Positions 35,264 through 35,571 of a stretch of 35,571 nucleotides of DNA are shown piece after piece (the stretch's first letter is position 1; every line of letters starts with the position of its first letter). Source of the stretch: a virus (lineage: Duplodnaviria; Caudoviricetes); IMG/VR virus record IMGVR_UViG_3300032155_000034, positions 1 through 35,571 of that record; one strand, given 5' to 3'. The translations under genes and the position numbers were made by a program. The notes under the pieces are model-generated. The model was given only the letters and a program-made list of their open reading frames with translations, searched no databases and was not told the origin of the DNA.

Positions 35264-35571
35264 AATACGTTCCCCCCATCGGGGCGACCGACCCGAACGC
35301 CCCGTACATCACCGAGAACCTGGCTGCCGGTGTCGAAGGCAGCCCGGTGGCCGCCGAGGCCATCGAACACCCCCAGCGCGAGATACTGGCCGTCATCACC
35401 GGCGCTGGGTTGACTCCGAATGAGGAGAGCCTTGAGCAACTGAAGGACGCCATTGAGGTGATGATCGCGGCTATGCCGCTCGACGCCGCGACGGAGACAG
35501 TTGCGGGCGTGATGGAGCTGGCCACGCACGCCGAGGTGGATGCGGGCACCGACGATACCCGCGCCGTCACC
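35260..35571 (+). CDS. Tail fibre protein, N-terminal part (runs off the window)
   Basis: ATGA-coupled start; translates MKYVPPIGATDPNAPYITENLAAGVEGS...QREILAVITGAGLTP...ATETVAGVMELAT. Confidence 0.8.
   Translation, partial: MKYVPPIGATDPNAPYITENLAAGVEGSPVAAEAIEHPQREILAVITGAGLTPNEESLEQLKDAIEVMIAAMPLDAATETVAGVMELATHAEVDAGTDDTRAVT

Noticed and set aside
35260-35571. Tail-fibre variation system (invertase or DGR) and mom-like modification gene
   Set aside because: These would lie beyond the window; nothing in the visible sequence supports them.

Overview
The window is a GC-rich host gene followed by about 34 kb of an apparently intact transposable (Mu-like) myovirus prophage that runs off the right edge inside its tail-fibre gene. 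The host is plausibly Desulfovibrio-like, but that is inference only. Bases 1-1212 encode a sigma-54 (NtrC-family) response regulator that lacks its C-terminal HTH and appears to be cut by the prophage left end (TG at 1210). The prophage has a B3/BcepMu-type layout. A leftward early operon (11.9 kb to 1.4 kb) carries CII-like and Ner-like regulators, small accessory genes, an IclR-type HTH, a DDE transposase, a MuB/ExeA-like ATPase, DUF3164, GemA and Mor. Next come a divergent S24/CI repressor and a secreted Sel1-like moron. The rightward late region then encodes lysis, packaging, head, contractile tail and baseplate modules. The most interesting unexplained features are: a MuF head protein with a C-terminal PBECR-like RNase domain that has no immunity ORF but is followed by a pseudoknotted four-way-junction RNA candidate; twin long palindromes after the repressor; an inverted early gene whose RBS is sequestered in a hairpin; and a triplicated small domain in the early accessory cluster. 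No searches were run, so family names come from recognised motifs and synteny.
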